Shown here in pieces: positions 37,203-50,410 of a stretch of 64,000 nucleotides of DNA. The stretch comes from Cetorhinus maximus (Eukaryota): the NCBI RefSeq assembly GCF_964194155.1, contig NC_135893.1:16988001-17052000 (forward strand), in the 5' to 3' direction. The notes under the pieces are model-generated. The model saw only the letters and a list, made by a program, of their open reading frames with translations, was not told the DNA's origin and did no database searches. The position numbers and the translations under genes were made by a program. Within the stretch, counting starts at the first letter, position 1. The number at the start of each line of letters is the position of its first letter.

Positions 37203-38184
37203 TGCACCTGTAACAATTCGGTTTACTGTTGGTCACAGGTATTGCTTAGTAAGGGCAGATTAAAGCAGTCAGTTCAAGCCAATTTAAGAAGAGCATTAAA
37301 TCAGTCAGTTGAAGAATGGCTCATTTCCCGGCAATCCTACTCCCTTGTGATGTTGGAGTATTGCAATGTTTCTGTCATGAATTGATTGCGATCGATTATG
37401 CTGCTTGGTTGCGCTGAATCACGGGAGGTTTTACACTGGGGTTTAGGCTAATGAGACTGCATGGAAATTTCAGCAAAACTTCATGCAGCAGCAGTACAAT
37501 GTTCTGTGCATTCTGTTGATTCCACCATTGGCATCTATGCCCACATTTGTACTACAATTAATTACTTTTTGGAACATGGTGGCTTGTATAGATAAACGTT
37601 GGTTCTGTGCCAATACATCCCCACCAACAGCAATAATGCCTAATCTGTTGTCATGGTGATTGAGGGAGAAATGTGGCCAAGACACTGGGGAAAAGACTGT
37701 TCTTTGAACAGCCTGGGGATCTTGAGCATCCATGTCAAAAAGCAGATGAAGGTTGCTGTTTAATGCCTCAGCACCTCTGCAATACTGAGGAGTGCCAAGT
37801 TGAAGTTGTCAATGGGCTGGTGGGGATGAGTTTATCGAACCCTATGACCTGCTGACCCAGAGGTGGAAGTGTTAACCATTGAGACAAGCTGACACCAGCC
37901 CTGTTATAAAGACAGAAACTGCTGGGAGCATGCACAGGATCAGTAATGGAAAAAACAAGTTGTGACATTTGTGACAAGTATGTACCCTTCGCGGATACTG
38001 ACTGTGTGTATTTCTGGCATTTGCAGCTTGTCCTCTTTTATTTGATATTTCTGTCTTCATGCCACATACATTCTCACTGTATCAATTATGATATAACCAA
38101 CTGCTAGGAGATGCATTAAGAGTTGGGAATGGGGATGTTTAACATTGTATTTTCCTTAGTGTCACATCTGAAATCAGGAATTGT

Positions 38185-38560
38185 GGTGATATGGTAGTGT
38201 TGTGGTTATGTTACTGGACTAGTAAACCAGAGTCTTGAACTAATAATTAAGGGCATGTGAATTAAAATCCTACCATGGCAGTTTGAGAAATTGAATTCCG
38301 TTTTTAACATCTGGAAATAAAACCATTGGTCTCAGTAAAAGTGACACTGAGCTGCCAGATTCTCTCTCATCCTCAATTGGTTCACTAATGTTCTTTATGA
38401 AAGCTGCCATCTTTACCCGCTCTGCTTGTATGTGACTTCAGTCTCTGAAGTGGCCTAGTACTCAATTATATCAAACCTTCCAGTAAAACTAGGGATGGGC
38501 AATAAATACAGACCTTGCTATCTATGCTCACATCCCGAGAATGAATTAAAAAAAAAAAAA
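38185..38560 (+). mobile_element. tRNA-derived SINE with LINE-like tail and poly(A)
   Basis: Degenerate A/B-box head. The tail 'ctagggatgggcaataaat...catcccgagaatgaattaaaaaaaaaaaa' is also seen at ~12110-12175. Confidence 0.65.
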
Positions 38561-39329
38561 TTCTGGAATATAATGCGTGTTTGCCACTTGGGGTGCAATG
38601 CATATGGTGCATTTGTATAGAACACAGTGAAATGGACAAGTCTCACATGCCCAAACCAGAGATGTTATCTTGTGTAGAAGGCTCATGTGATCATTTTTGC
38701 TGGGCACCAGCTAGCTGCGATCTGTCAGACCCAGTTTGTCCACTTACAATGGCTCTTGCATATAATGGATAATTCAGTAAAAGAGTTTTTGACCCTACAT
38801 CAACTAGAGCAAGTTAGAAGCCAACTAACAATATGGATTCAACATGGATCAGCCCAGGCACTTTGTGTTTTATGCAACTCTCTCTCTCTCCTCCAATAAT
38901 GTGTTTCCAATTGCATCTCTCTGTCCACAGGTAATTTCCTACAGTTAGTTTTAGATATCACCCCTTCTGCAGAAAGAGTTTTATAGCCTTGAAAGGGGAT
39001 GAATAAGGAGAATCCTCGTAGATGCACATGAACTAAAGAACGCTGCAGAAAGTGAAGATGTGGGACACTGTGACAACACAAGGAGACTAGCTAGTCAGAG
39101 ACAAATGGAGAACTGATGTTCTCCACTTAAAGCTGCTAAGACTGAAAATATAAAAACAGGGGTTCCTTGGTCTGCACTTGAGTGCAGCTTTGCAGAGTGT
39201 CAAGCTGGGAGTTTGGTGAGAGAGGTGCTCTGTTTTCTACCTTTTTCAGCCCTTACTTCGGTACAAGAGAAGAAGCTGATTTCTAAGTAATTGGTAAGGT
39301 ATTCTACTTCTAATTGTAATAAGTTTTTA

Positions 39330-41335
39330 AAGTTACAGTATGGCAGGTCAGCTTGGCTGAGTAGAATGTACATCCTGCGGTATGTGGGAAGTCATGGGCG
39401 CACCATGTGTCCCAGGCAAACACATTTGCAGAAGTGTCACCGGTTGCAGAAGCTTGAGCTCTGGGTTTCAGAACTCGAGCAGCGGCTGGTGTCATTGTGG
39501 TGCATCCATGAGGTAGAGAACCATATGGATAGCATGTTTAGGGAGGTGGTCACACCACAGGTTAGGAACTTGCAGGCAGAGGAGGAATGGGTAACTGCCA
39601 GGCAATCTAAGAGAACCAAGCAGGTAGTGCAGGAGTACCTTGAGTCTAGCTTGCTTGCTAATTGGTTTTCTATTTTGGATACTGGTGAAGATGATGGTTC
39701 CTCGAGAGAGTGCAGCCAGATCCAAGTCCGTGGCACCACGGATGGCTCAGCTGCACAAGAGGGGAGGAAAAAGAGTGGAAGAGCAATACTGATGGGGGAT
39801 TCAATAGTCAGGGGATCAGACGGGTGTTTTGTGGCTGTAATTATGACTCCAGGATGGTGTGTTGCCTCCCTGGTGCGAGGGTCAAGGATGTCATGGAGCA
39901 ACTGCAGGACATCCTTCTGGAGGAGGGTAAACAGCCAGAGCTCCTGTTTTACACCTCACTTATGTGATAATTTAAACATCGCAGTCTAATCGTCTCTAGT
40001 TTAATTAAATTAGCCACCCACCACACACAAGCCTGCTTTAAAATATCCCACCATATTATTAGAAAAAATATGATAGTTTCTTGACAATAGTCAACATGGA
40101 TTTATGAATGAAAAATCGTGTTTGACCAACCTTTTTGGAGTTTTTGAGGATGTTATTAACAGAATTGATAAAGGGGTATTAGACATAGTGTACTTGGATT
40201 TTCAGAAGGCTTTTGATAAAGTCCCCCACAGGAGGTTGGTTAGCAAAATTAAAGCACATGGAACAGGAGGTAATATACTGGCATGGATTAATTATTGATT
40301 AACAGGCAGAAAACAGAGAATAGGAATAAACGGGTCATTCTCATGGTGGCAGGCTGTGACAAATGGGGTACCACAAGGATCAGTGCTTGGACTCCAGCTG
40401 TTCACAATATATATCAATGATTTGGATATGGGCACCTAATGTAACATTTCCAAGCTCACGGATGACACATAGCTAGGTGGGAATGCGTGTTGTAAGGAAG
40501 ATGCAAAGTGGCTTCAAGTGGATTTGGACAGACTTAGTGAGTGGGCAAGAACAGCGCAGATGGAATATGTGGAAAAATATGAAATTATCCATTTTGGTAG
40601 GACGAACATAGTATTGAAATAGTGAGAGATGTACAAAGAGACTGGGTGTCCTTGTCAATAAGTCATTGCAAGCTAACATGCAGGTGCAGCAAGTAATTAG
40701 GAAGACTAATGGTATGTTGGCTTTTATCGCAAGAGGATTTGAGTACAGGAGTACAGAAAAGTCTTGCTTCAATTATATAAAACCTTGGTTAGACTGCACC
40801 TTGAGTACTGTGTGCAGTTTTGGTCCCCTTACATTAGGAAGGATATTATTGCCATAGAGGGAGTGCAATGAAGGGTCACCAGACTTGTTCTCAGGATGGT
40901 GGGACTGTCCTATGAAGAGAGATTGGGGAAACTGGGCAGTATTCTGTAGAATTTCGAAGAATGAGAAGTGATCTCATTGAAACCTACAAAATACTTTAAG
41001 GGATAGACAGGGTAGATGCAGATAAGATGTTTCCCCTGGTTGAGGAGTCTAGAACCAGGGGAGACTATTTCAAAATAAGGGGGAAGCCTTTTAGGATTGA
41101 GATGAGAATATTTTTTACTCGGAGGTTTGTGAATCTTTGGAATCCTCTACCTCACAGCTATGGAAGCTCCGTCATTGAGTATGTTTAAAGCAGAAATGTG
41201 ACAGATTTCTAAATACCAATGCAAAGGGATATGGGGATAGTGTGGGAAAAGACAAAGAAGTGGATGATCGGCCATGATCATATTGAATGGTGGAGCAGGT
41301 TTGATGGGCTGAATGGCCCACTCCTGCTCCTATGT
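39330..41335 (+). mobile_element. Decayed CR1 LINE (ORF1 esterase fragment plus RT to 3' end)
   Basis: ORF1 zinc-finger/leucine-zipper region and AILMGDSIVRG...CCLPGARVKDV (SGNH-like). RT motifs QHGF...SCLTNL, YLDFQKAFDKVPH and [11 protein letters not shown]1 3' UTR. The endonuclease region is missing. Confidence 0.9.
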
Positions 41336-41663
41336 CACCAAAGGCAAAAGCACTGGAATCATTTACAAAATAAAGAACTTGCCTTTCATGACCTCAGGAT
41401 GTCCTAAAGTGCTTTGCAGCCAATTTGTGCACAGCAAGGTCCCAAAAACAATAAGTAGTTTGATGTTGGGAGATTTTATGGTCTTTCTGGATGAGCTAGA
41501 CTGGATTGAATAGCATTCCGCTCTGTATTATCTTGTAAACATGTGACTGGCTTTTTGTAAACACAGAAGAAATTCTGTTGTAGTTTAAGCCATTGCTGTA
41601 GTGCCGGAATATGCCACTGAGGCACTATAATAGTTATATATAGATGATAGTGAAAGACGCCTG

Positions 41664-41766
41664 CCAATAGATGGCGCTGTACAGCAGTGCTTAGTGCCAC
41701 CAAGCGGTTAGAATGCAGTACTACAACATTTGTCGGCGCTGTTAATCTGTTGCGCCGCCTAGCGAC
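41664..41766. promoter_or_regulatory. Cluster of three CTCF-like motifs
   Basis: Plus CCAATAGATGGCGCTG (41664-41679). Minus CCGCTTGGTGGCACT (41693-41707). Minus TCGCTAGGCGGCGCA (41751-41765). Local CpG retention. Confidence 0.5.
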
Positions 41767-41797
41767 AGGAATTTGCATGGCAACCATAATATTTCAG

Positions 41798-41995
41798 GAA
41801 TAAAAACAAAAAGCTAAGAGCTACTGCGGATGCTGGAAATCCAAAACAAAAACAAAATTACCTGGAAAAACTCAGCAGGTCTGGCAGCATCGGCGGAGAA
41901 GAAAAGAGCTGACGTTTCGAGTCCTCATGACCCTTCAACAGAACTGAAGTATAGTTAGGAGAGAGGTGAAATATAAGCTGGTTTAAGGTGGGGGG
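41798..41995 (-). mobile_element. Penelope terminal-repeat fragment with variant hammerhead motif
   Basis: Minus strand AGTT CTGTTGA A GGGTC ATGAG GACTC GAAAC GTC AGCT, followed by the family tail GATGCTGCCAGACCTGCTGAGTTTTTCCAG. Confidence 0.8.
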
Positions 41996-43029
41996 CGGGG
42001 TACTTTCTGCCGACCTGGAACAAAAGCAACATTATGTGGGACAAGTGAGGATATTTTCACTTTTTTGTACTTGTGCTATTTATGTAAACTAGCTTGGAAA
42101 CGATGGAGACTGCTTGCAATTATTTATATAGCACCTTTAACATTGTCCCAAGGCACTTTACAAAAACGCTATTGGATATTGGGACAGGTGCCAAAAGTTT
42201 GGACAAAGAGGGAAGTTCTAAGGAGAGGAAAGAGTTATAGGGAGGGAATTCCAGAGCTTGGGACCTAGGCAGATGAAACTATGGCTGCCAATGGTGGAGC
42301 AATTAAAATCAGATGCAAAATGACCAGTTGCCTGAAATAACTTTTCACTTTGTTTTGTTCCCTTTCTGTTGTTAGGCTCCCTTCATAAAGAACCCTCAAT
42401 GCCCATTGTACTATTGTTTTAATATGCTAGTCAACTCACAGCATTTTTGTGGCATTTATTTCACTAGGATACATAAGGAGTCAAGGTTGGAACTGTCACT
42501 TGGAATTACACTACATTTCCACCTGCCTAGTTCAGCAGCTAACAAATGTTGCATGTGTGGAATATTTTGTATTTTTTTTTGTTCCCTTCAGACCTGAAGG
42601 CACTGACATACCAGGGTTACCTCAGCCCTCCACTACTTCATTGCAACAGTGACTGCAGTTCACAAGTACATCTTTGACTGTAAATGCTTTAGGATGTCCT
42701 GAGGATCTGAAGAGTGCAATATAAATGCCGTTTGTTTATTTTTGCCAGCAAGTGTTGGTAGATTATTTGAGGTCTTCACAGGTGAGTCCCACCATGTCCT
42801 CTGCTAAAGTTGGGTCACTGAACAATGATCGAGAGGGAACCCTGGATGACTGATTTAATTCCACCCCTAACAAAGCACAGAAGCATTCAGACCAATTGTA
42901 GCATCCCAACTGCTGAGCAGGGAAACATGGGTTAACTCAGCACCAACCAACAGCCAAATAAAGATCTCCTGGTCTGTGCAACTCTACTACATACAAGTTG
43001 ATGTAATTACCCACTGAAGTCCTAGTCAG

Positions 43030-43300
43030 ATCCCTTCATGGCCTTTCCCCTCCCTATCATTGTAACCTCAAACAACCCTCTGTGCTCCTCCAATTCTGGC
43101 CTCTTCCAGACCCCTGATTTTAATTGCTCCATCAATTGGTGCCTTCAGTTGCCTGGGTCCTGAGCTCCAGAATTGCCTCCTTAAAGCTGTCTGCCTCTCT
43201 CCTTTTAAGGCTCTCCTTAAAACCTACCTCTTAGATTAATGCTTTGGTCACCTGTCCTAATATCTCCTTATGTGGCTTGGTGTCAAATTTGTACTTGTAC
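43030..43300 (+). mobile_element. L2 LINE 3' fragment
   Basis: Directly similar to 1495-1790. Confidence 0.75.
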
Positions 43301-44599
43301 AACTCGCTTCTTAAAGCTTAATAAGTTGCTGTTCCTGTGAGTGGGTCCTGTGGCATGTTGTTAGGTTTGATTTTAGCCCTGAGTGTTAGAGAAAAACTAA
43401 GCACTTTTAATCACTATGAAACCACATTCCTGGTGACACCACAATGACTCATAGCTGAGGTCTGTGTAAGATCTGAATAAGTTCAAAAACCATTTTGAAA
43501 GTGGGACAAAAGTTGCCAGCTTGTTTAATGTAGGATCCGAGTTTCAGATTTGACAAAATGACAAATTTGTTGTACTCTTCCTGCCATTTTCTCCTTTACT
43601 CCCTGAAAATCTTGACGTTTTGCTCAAGTATGGTTCCATGGTACCAGTCACCATTTAGCCCCTCGCACAAGAGATCATTCATCATGTCCAAGTCTAAGCT
43701 ATTTGACTGTGGGGACAGACCATTCCCTACAAATCTGATCTTATCCTCAACCATTGCCCCCAAGGGCACTGGATAGTGATTAGATGCAGTAACTCTGGCT
43801 GAAGTTTTAAGTTTACTTTCCATGGCTGACTGGTGCTGAGGCCAGTTGTATTAGCCCTCCCACCCAGTGTTAGCCTGATCCAGATCAGCAAATTTGGTAC
43901 AGAACAGGGATCAAAACTTGAATGGTCTAACAAGTAGGGATCAGAGCTACAACACTGAAGGGCTATTGTTTCATAATGTTAATAAACAAAATAAATTAAC
44001 AAAATAATTTGTTGGCCCAGAAGTTCTGCTTTGTGATGAAATAGCAAAAGGCTTGTGTCTACTATTATTGCAACGTTTCATTTCCAAACTATTCTCTTTT
44101 TTTGAGCTGTGCATCTCTTCCCTTGTCTTGAGATCTGCTGCCACCTTGCAGTTGATCACTTTCTGTCCCTGGTAGGGAAGTATCAGGTCGACATTTACCT
44201 AACTCTGCAACCTAGCTGAGATTGGAAACTCATAGAATAGGAGAAACCAACAAAATGTTTCTGGGCATCTGTTAAAGAATAAAATTAATTAGATATTTCA
44301 TATTGTGTGCCAATGGTCCAATATTTCACCTGCTGTTGCTGATAAATTTGTACAATTTTCATGGCTAGATTGTGGAGTGTAATTCTGAGCACCTCCATAG
44401 TAAAATGGACATTGACAGCAGAGAGAACGTGCAGACTGGCAGAGTGTATAATGAGCAAGCACGAAGACTGAACTCATCACTCAGTGCAGTTAGAGTGTGA
44501 ACTTGGAAATTTGATGAATGAAGGAATTTAGTGCAGTGAGGGATGAAGGGAAAAATGATGAAGTGGTTGGGTATTTCGATCATTTATCTTTCAAAACTC

Positions 44600-47500
44600 A
44601 TGCAATTTCAGTTATTGTAAGGTTTCATTAGTAGTTATAAGGTTTACTAGCAGTAGTAAAGTTCATTGGGACTTATAGGTTTTTATAATAAATTAATTAA
44701 GAAAATTATTATAATGGATGGCAGGGCAGGTGATGTGTTGTGACTGCAGAAAGTGGGATTTCCTGGTCACTAATGTGCTTTGGCTCCGAGCTATTGAGCT
44801 GGAGGCCAAGCTGCAGACACTGCAATGCATCAGGGAGGGGGAAAAGTTACCTGGACACTTTATTCCACAAGGTGGTCACACCCCTTAGGTTAGGGTGTTC
44901 TGATTTGGTCAGTAGTCACAGACAGAAGGATGTGACTGCTAGTGAAGCAGGTCAGGGGATTGAGAAGCTAGAAGCGGAGGAGCCCTCAGCCATTGCAATT
45001 TTCCAATAGGTTTGAGGTTCTTGCAGCTTGTGGGGACAAAACACGGGCGCTGTAGGATGTATGAGCAAACTGACCATAGCGCTGTGATACAGGAAGTGGG
45101 GGGAGTTAATAGAAATGTAGTGGTAGTAGGTAACAGTATAGTCAGGGGGATTGACACAGTTTTCTGCAGCTGAGAGTGAGAGTCTAGACAGCTGTGTTGC
45201 CTGCCCATTGCCAAGGTTCGGGACTCGTGAATGGGCCTAAAACTTGTAAAACTGAGTTAAAGGCTCTGCAGCTCAACGCGCGCAGTATTCGTAGCAAAAT
45301 GGATGAATTGTTAGCATAGATAGAAATAAATTTGTATGACCTGATAGCCAACACAGAGACATGGTTGCAGGGTGACCAGGGCTGAGACCTGAATATCGAA
45401 GGGTATTTGACATTTCAAAAAGAGAAAGCTGGGAAAAGGTGGTGGAGTAGCTCTGTTAATTAAGGACATCGTTAGTACAGTAGTAAGGGATGACCTTAGC
45501 TCGAAAAAGCAAGATGTAAAATCAGTTTGAGTAGAGATAAGAAATAGGAAAGGTGAAAGGTAACTTGTGGGAGTAGTTTATAGGCCCCTAAAAGTAGTTA
45601 TACTGTAGGACAGAGTATACAGGAAGAAATAAATGAGGTGTGTATGAAAGGTGCCGCAATAATCTTGGGTGATTTTAATCTACATATAGATTGGACGAAT
45701 CAGATTGGCAAAGGTAGCCTGGAAAATTAGTTCATAGAGAGTATGCAGGACAGTTTCTTAGAACTGTACATTCTAGGGCCAAACAGGAAGCAGGCTATTC
45801 TGGATCTGGTAATGAGCAATGAGACAGGATTAATCAATAACCACATAGTAAAGGAGCGTTTAGGTGACAGTGATCATAATATGATAGAATTTCATGTTCG
45901 GTTTGGGGGGTGGTGGGTCTAAGACTAGTGTTTTAAACCCAAATAAAGATAATTGAGGATATGAAAGCAAAGCTAGCTAAAGTGAACTAGGAAACTAGGT
46001 TAAAAGGTAGGACAGTAGTGATGCAGTGGCAGACTTTTAAAGAGATATTTAATAACTCTCAGCAAAGATTTATCCCAGTACAAAGGACTCTTTGAGAAGG
46101 ATGCATCATCCATGGCTGAACAAAGAAGTTAAGGATTGTGTCACATTGAAACAATGTATAAATCCGCAAAGGTTAGTGATATGTCAAATAAATGATTGGT
46201 CAGATTTTAAGCACCAGCAAAGAATGACTAAAAAAAAATTATAAAGAGGGAGAAAGTTGAGCATGAGAGAAAGCTAGCTAGTAATATAAAATATTAAGAG
46301 TATGTTCAAGTATTTAAATAGGAAAAGAGTAACTAAAGTTAGTGTTTGTCCTATAGAGAGAGAAAGAGAGAGAGTCTGGGGAATTGATATTGGAAAACAA
46401 GGGGATGGTGGAGGCGTTGAACGGGTATTTTGTGTTTGTCCTGTTGAACGGGTATTTTGTGTTTGTCCTGTTGAACGGGTATTTTGTGTTTGTCCTGTTG
46501 AACGGGTATTTTGTGTTTGTCCTGTTGAACGGGTATTTTGTGTTTGTCCTGTTGAACGGGTATTTTGTGTTTGTCCTGTTGAACGGGTATTTTGTGTTTG
46601 TCCTGTTGAACGGGTATTTTGTGTTTGTCCTGTTGAACGGGTATTTTGTGTTTGTCCTGTTGAACGGGTATTTTGTGTTTGTCCTGTTGAACGGGTATTT
46701 TGTGTTTGTCCTGTTGAACGGGTATTTTGTGTTTGTCCTGTTGAACGGGTATTTTGTGTTTGTCCTGTTGAACGGGTATTTTGTGTTTGTCCTGTTGAAC
46801 GGGTATTTTGTGTTTGTCCTGTTGAACGGGTATTTTGTGTTTGTCCTGTTGAACGGGTATTTTGTGTTTGTCCTGTTGAACGGGTATTTTGTGTTTGTCC
46901 TGTTGAACGGGTATTTTGTGTTTGTCCTGTTGAACGGGTATTTTGTGTTTGTCCTGTTGAACGGGTATTTTGTGTTTGTCTTCATTGTAGAAGACTTGGA
47001 AAACTTCCCAAAGATACTTGAAAATCAAGAGGTGACCGGGAAGGAGGAACTTAAAATAATCACCATCGGTAGGGAAAAGGTGCGTGGAAAATTATTAGAC
47101 CTAAAGGTTGACTAGTCCCCAGGAGCAGATGGCTTGCACGATGTCTTAAACGTGGCTGCAGAGATGGTGGATGCGTTGGTTATAATCTTCCAAAATTCCT
47201 TAGATTCTGGAAGGGTCCCAGTGGATTGGAAAATAGTTAAATGTAACACCTTTATTCAAGGGAGGGGGCCAGAAAGCAGGAAACTACAAGCCAGTTAGCC
47301 TAACATCTGTCATAGGAAAATTGCTAGAATCCATTATTAAGGAGGTTATAGCAGGATATTTAGAAAATCATAATGTGATTAGGTAGAGCCAACGGGGCTT
47401 TTGTGAAAGGGAAATGTTTAAATAATTTATTAGAGTTTTTTGAGGAAGTAACAAGCAAGGTGGATAAAGGGGAACCGGTAGATGTGGTGTACTTGGATTT

Positions 47501-48650
47501 CCAGAAGGCTTTTGATAAGGTACCACATCAAAGGTTACTACACAAGATAAGAGCATATAGTGTGGGGGGTAACATATTAGCATGGAGAAGCAGAAAGTAG
47601 AAATAAATGGGTGTTTTTGGATTGGCAAGCTATAAGTAGTGGATTGCCACAGGGATCAGTGCTGGGGCTTCAACTATTTACAATCTACATCAATGATTTA
47701 GATGAAGGGACTGAATGTATGGCAGCTAAATTTGCTGATGACAACAAGATGGGTAGGAAAGTAAGTTGTCAAGAGGTAGATAATCTGCAAAAGGTTATAG
47801 ATAGGTCAAATGAGTGGGCAAAAATTTGGCAAATGGAGTATAATTTGAGAAAATATGAACTTGACCACTTTGGCAGAATAGAAAAGCAGCATATTATTTA
47901 AATGGGGAAAGATTGCAGAACTCTTGTGGTACAGAGGGATCTGACTGTCCTGGTACATGAATCACTAAAAGTTAGTATGCAGGTACAGCAAGTGATTCGG
48001 AAGGTAAATGGAATGTTGGCATTTCTTGCAAGGGGAATGGAATACAAAAGTAGGGAAGTTTTACTGGAGCTGTACAGGGCCTTAGTGAGACCACCATCTG
48101 GAATACTGCATACAGTTTTGGTCTCCATTTTTGAAAAAAATATATATTTATGTTAGAAGCAGTTCAGAGAACGTTCACTCGACTCATCAAGGGCTTATCC
48201 TACGAAGGAAGGTTGAACAGGGTGGGCCTTTATAGATTGAAATTTCAAAGAATGAGAGGTGATCTTATTGAAACATATATAAGATCCAGAAGGGACTTGA
48301 TGGGGTAGATACTGCGAAGATGTTTCCACTTGTGGTGGAGGCCAGAACTAGGAGACACAGTTTAAGAATAAGAGGTCTCCCTTTTAAGACTGAGAAGAGA
48401 AGAATTTTCTCTGAGGGTTATTAGTATGGGGAATTCTCTTCTCCAGAAAGCATTGGAGGCTGTGTCATTGAATTTATTCAAGGCAGAGTTGGAGATGTTT
48501 GACAGATGAAGGAATCGAGAGTTATGGTGGGCTGACAGGAAAGTGCAACTGAGAACCACAAACAGATCAGCCATGATCTTTTATTGATTGGCGGAGCAAG
48601 CTCGGAAGGCCGAATGGCCAACTCCTGATCCTGAGTCCTACGTTCCCTAT
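44600..48650 (+). mobile_element. Near-full-length decayed CR1 LINE (ORF1, APE endonuclease, RT)
   Basis: ORF1 remnant VVVGNSIVRG. Endonuclease motifs LQLNARSI, TETWLQ, GDFN and SDHN. RT motifs YLDFQKAFDKVPH, PQGSVLG and FADD. CR1 3' UTR. Numerous stops and frameshifts. Confidence 0.92.
46414..46980. repeat. Minisatellite, 21 x 27 bp (ctgttgaacgggtattttgtgtttgtc)
   Basis: Directly visible: 567 bp = 21 units. All look identical except the first two bases of unit 1. Confidence 0.97.
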
Positions 48651-49424
48651 GGTGATGCCAGTCCTAGGGTTGGGAAACTATAGTGATGAGGACAGACATA
48701 CAAGACCAAGGTTATTTCCACTGGAAAAGTGGAGGTAAAGAGGTGATTTAATGGAGGCGTTCATAATTCCAGAAGGGTTTTGATAGGGTTGTACTATTAT
48801 CTTTGGTTGGGGAGTGAGTGATAATTTAAAATCGATACTTTAAGGGAATGGGCAGAAAAGTTAGGAAAATATTCTTTTATACAAAACGTAGGTTGCATTG
48901 CCAAAGAACACAGATGAAGTAGTGACCATTGTATCTTTAAGAAAAAATTGGGTTTGGTGTAGAGAATGATTTAGAGCCATGGGGGAAGAGATCTGTTGGG
49001 TTGAATAGCCTCAGCCTGTGCTGTAAATTTCTACACTTCCGTGGTGATAACCTAGCTCTGTGGTAACACATTTCTGGCTTAGAATGTTTTTTATTCATGC
49101 CCCACTCCAAGGCTTGAACACATTTATCTGATAAACACTCTGGAGCAGTACTGAGGGAGTGCTGCATGGTGGGAAATGCAGTCATTTGGGATGAACTTTT
49201 AAACCAAGGCCCTGCCTTCCTGTTCTGGTAGGCTTCAAAAGATCATGTGACTCTATTCAAATCCTCCTGGCATCCTGGTCTCAAGCAAGGAAGGTGGAGA
49301 GGAAAGAGGTGACATCCACTTGTACAGTGACTCTGTAATGCTGAGCTGCCTATGCTGGTGCTTGCACTGCAAGTGTTTGTCGCCCTTTGCTCAGTCTTCA
49401 ATGAGACTACAATTAATGTAGAAA

Positions 49425-50410
49425 AGAAAGATTTGCTTTTATATGCTACTGTTCTTTACCTCGGGATGTCAAAAGTGCTTTACAGGAAGTGAAACTGCTG
49501 TCGTAATGTGTAAAACCCAGCAACCAAATTATATACAAAAAGATCCCACAAGCAGCAATGTGATAATGACTAGAAAATTTGTTTTGGTAATGTTGGTTGA
49601 CAGATAAATATTAGCCAGGACACTTTTTATTCTTTCATGGCAAGGCCAGCAATTGTTGCTCCATCCCTCACTGCCCTTGAGAAGGTGGTGGTGAGTCACC
49701 TTCCTGAAGTGCTGCAGTCCATGTGGTGCAGGTACACTCTCAGTGCTGTTAGGAAGGGAGTTCCAGGAATTTGACCCATTGACAGTGAAGGAATGGCAAT
49801 ATAGCTCCAAGTCAGGATGGTGAGTGGCTTGGAGGAGAATTTGCAGGTGCTGGTGTTCCCATGTATCTGTTGCCCTTGTCCTTCTAGTGGTAGAGGCTGT
49901 GGGTTTGGAAGCTGCTGTTGAAGAAAGCTTGACGAGTTGTTGCAATGCATCTTATAGTATACACTGCTGCCACTGAGTTGGTGGTAGAGGGAGTAAGTGT
50001 TTTGAGGCAGTGGACAGGGTTGTTGATCAAACAGGCTTTTTTTGTGTTGGAGCAAATGGACAGTATTCCATTACACAAAAAACAGAAAATGCTGGAAAAA
50101 CTCAGCAGGTCTAACAGCATCTGTGAAGAGAAAGACAGTTAACGTTTTGAGTCCGTATGGCCCCTCTTCAGAGTATTCCATCACACTCCTGGCTTGTGCC
50201 TTGTAGACAATGGACAGGCTTTGGGGACTTTGGAGGTGAGTTACTCAATGCAGAGTTCCCAACCCCTGACCGGCTCTTGCCATGGGATGTTTTACATTCA
50301 CTCTTTCATGTCTTTCAGATGAAAGACCTCCTACAGTGCTGCACTCCCTGGGTCCTGTCAGCCTAGATTATGGTGCTGGAGTGCCTGGAGTGGGACTGGA
50401 ATCCACTCTG
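49425..50410 (-). mobile_element. Nested cluster: Deu SINE interrupted by a LINE 3' fragment, itself interrupted by a hammerhead-bearing Penelope-derived insert (50077-50171)
   Basis: SINE halves at ~49425-49622 and ~50290-50410. LINE fragment at ~49625-50285, homologous to 53395-53705. The innermost insert is flanked by agtattccattacac / agtattccatcacac. Confidence 0.75.

Noticed and set aside
39291-39989. 232-aa ORF as a novel gene
   Set aside because: It is a frameshifted CR1 ORF1 remnant.
46302-47115. Four long repetitive ORFs, and a CRISPR-like appearance of the array
   Set aside because: They are by-products of a stop-free 27-bp tandem repeat. There are no unique spacers or cas genes, and the context is eukaryotic.
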